NCBI RefSeq assembly: GCF_006345805.1
Contig: NC_043010.1
Location: 14,570,001-14,634,000 of the forward strand
DNA: 64,000 nt
Direction: 5' to 3'
From: Octopus sinensis
Lineage: Eukaryota
Shown: piece after piece, positions 63,812-64,000 of the stretch
How the letters are laid out: the number at the start of each line of letters is the position of its first letter
How positions within the stretch are numbered: position 1 is the first letter of the stretch
Position numbers and translations under genes: made by a program
The notes under the pieces: generated by a model
The model's database searches: none
What the model saw: only the letters and a program-made list of their open reading frames with translations
Told to the model about the DNA's origin: nothing

Positions 63812-64000
63812 ATATTTCTTTACTACCTACAAGGGGCTAAACATAGAGGGGACAAACAAGGACAGACAAAGGGATTAAGTCGATTACATCGACCCCAGTG
63901 CGAAACTGGTACTTTATTTATCGATCCCGAAAGGATGCCAGGCAAAGTCGTCCTCGGTGGAATTTGAACTCAGAACGTAGCAGCAGACGAAATGCTGATA
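63812..64000 (-). mobile_element. SINE family A (runs to the window edge)
   Basis: Reverse-complement match to the family A core and linker; tail merges with the (TAA)n tract. Confidence 0.85.

Overview
AT-rich, microsatellite-dense animal genomic DNA. The SINE families match ones I recall from octopus, so a coleoid cephalopod is likely. The only host gene I can support is a vesicular monoamine transporter (VMAT/SLC18A1-2 type) on the minus strand. Its first coding exon (47145-47019) splices in phase to a second coding exon (2334-1923) across a ~44.7 kb intron that contains a 100-N scaffold gap; the remaining exons lie left of the window. The rest is decayed mobile DNA: several tRNA-derived SINE families (monomers, dimers, a trimer and a heterodimer with target-site duplications), R4/Dong, HERO, CR1, RTE and Tx1-like LINE fragments, two mariner relics, MITEs and a 3.4 kb 20-bp satellite. 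The most notable signal is a set of type I hammerhead-ribozyme motifs in Penelope-like terminal repeats. One is canonical. Two families have intact stems I and III but CCGA in place of the invariant CUGA core and sit at the pivot of long palindromes. All intact-core copies inside the VMAT intron are antisense to the gene, while the sense copies carry core mutations. SINE family letters A-E are my own labels. Most repeat boundaries are approximate.
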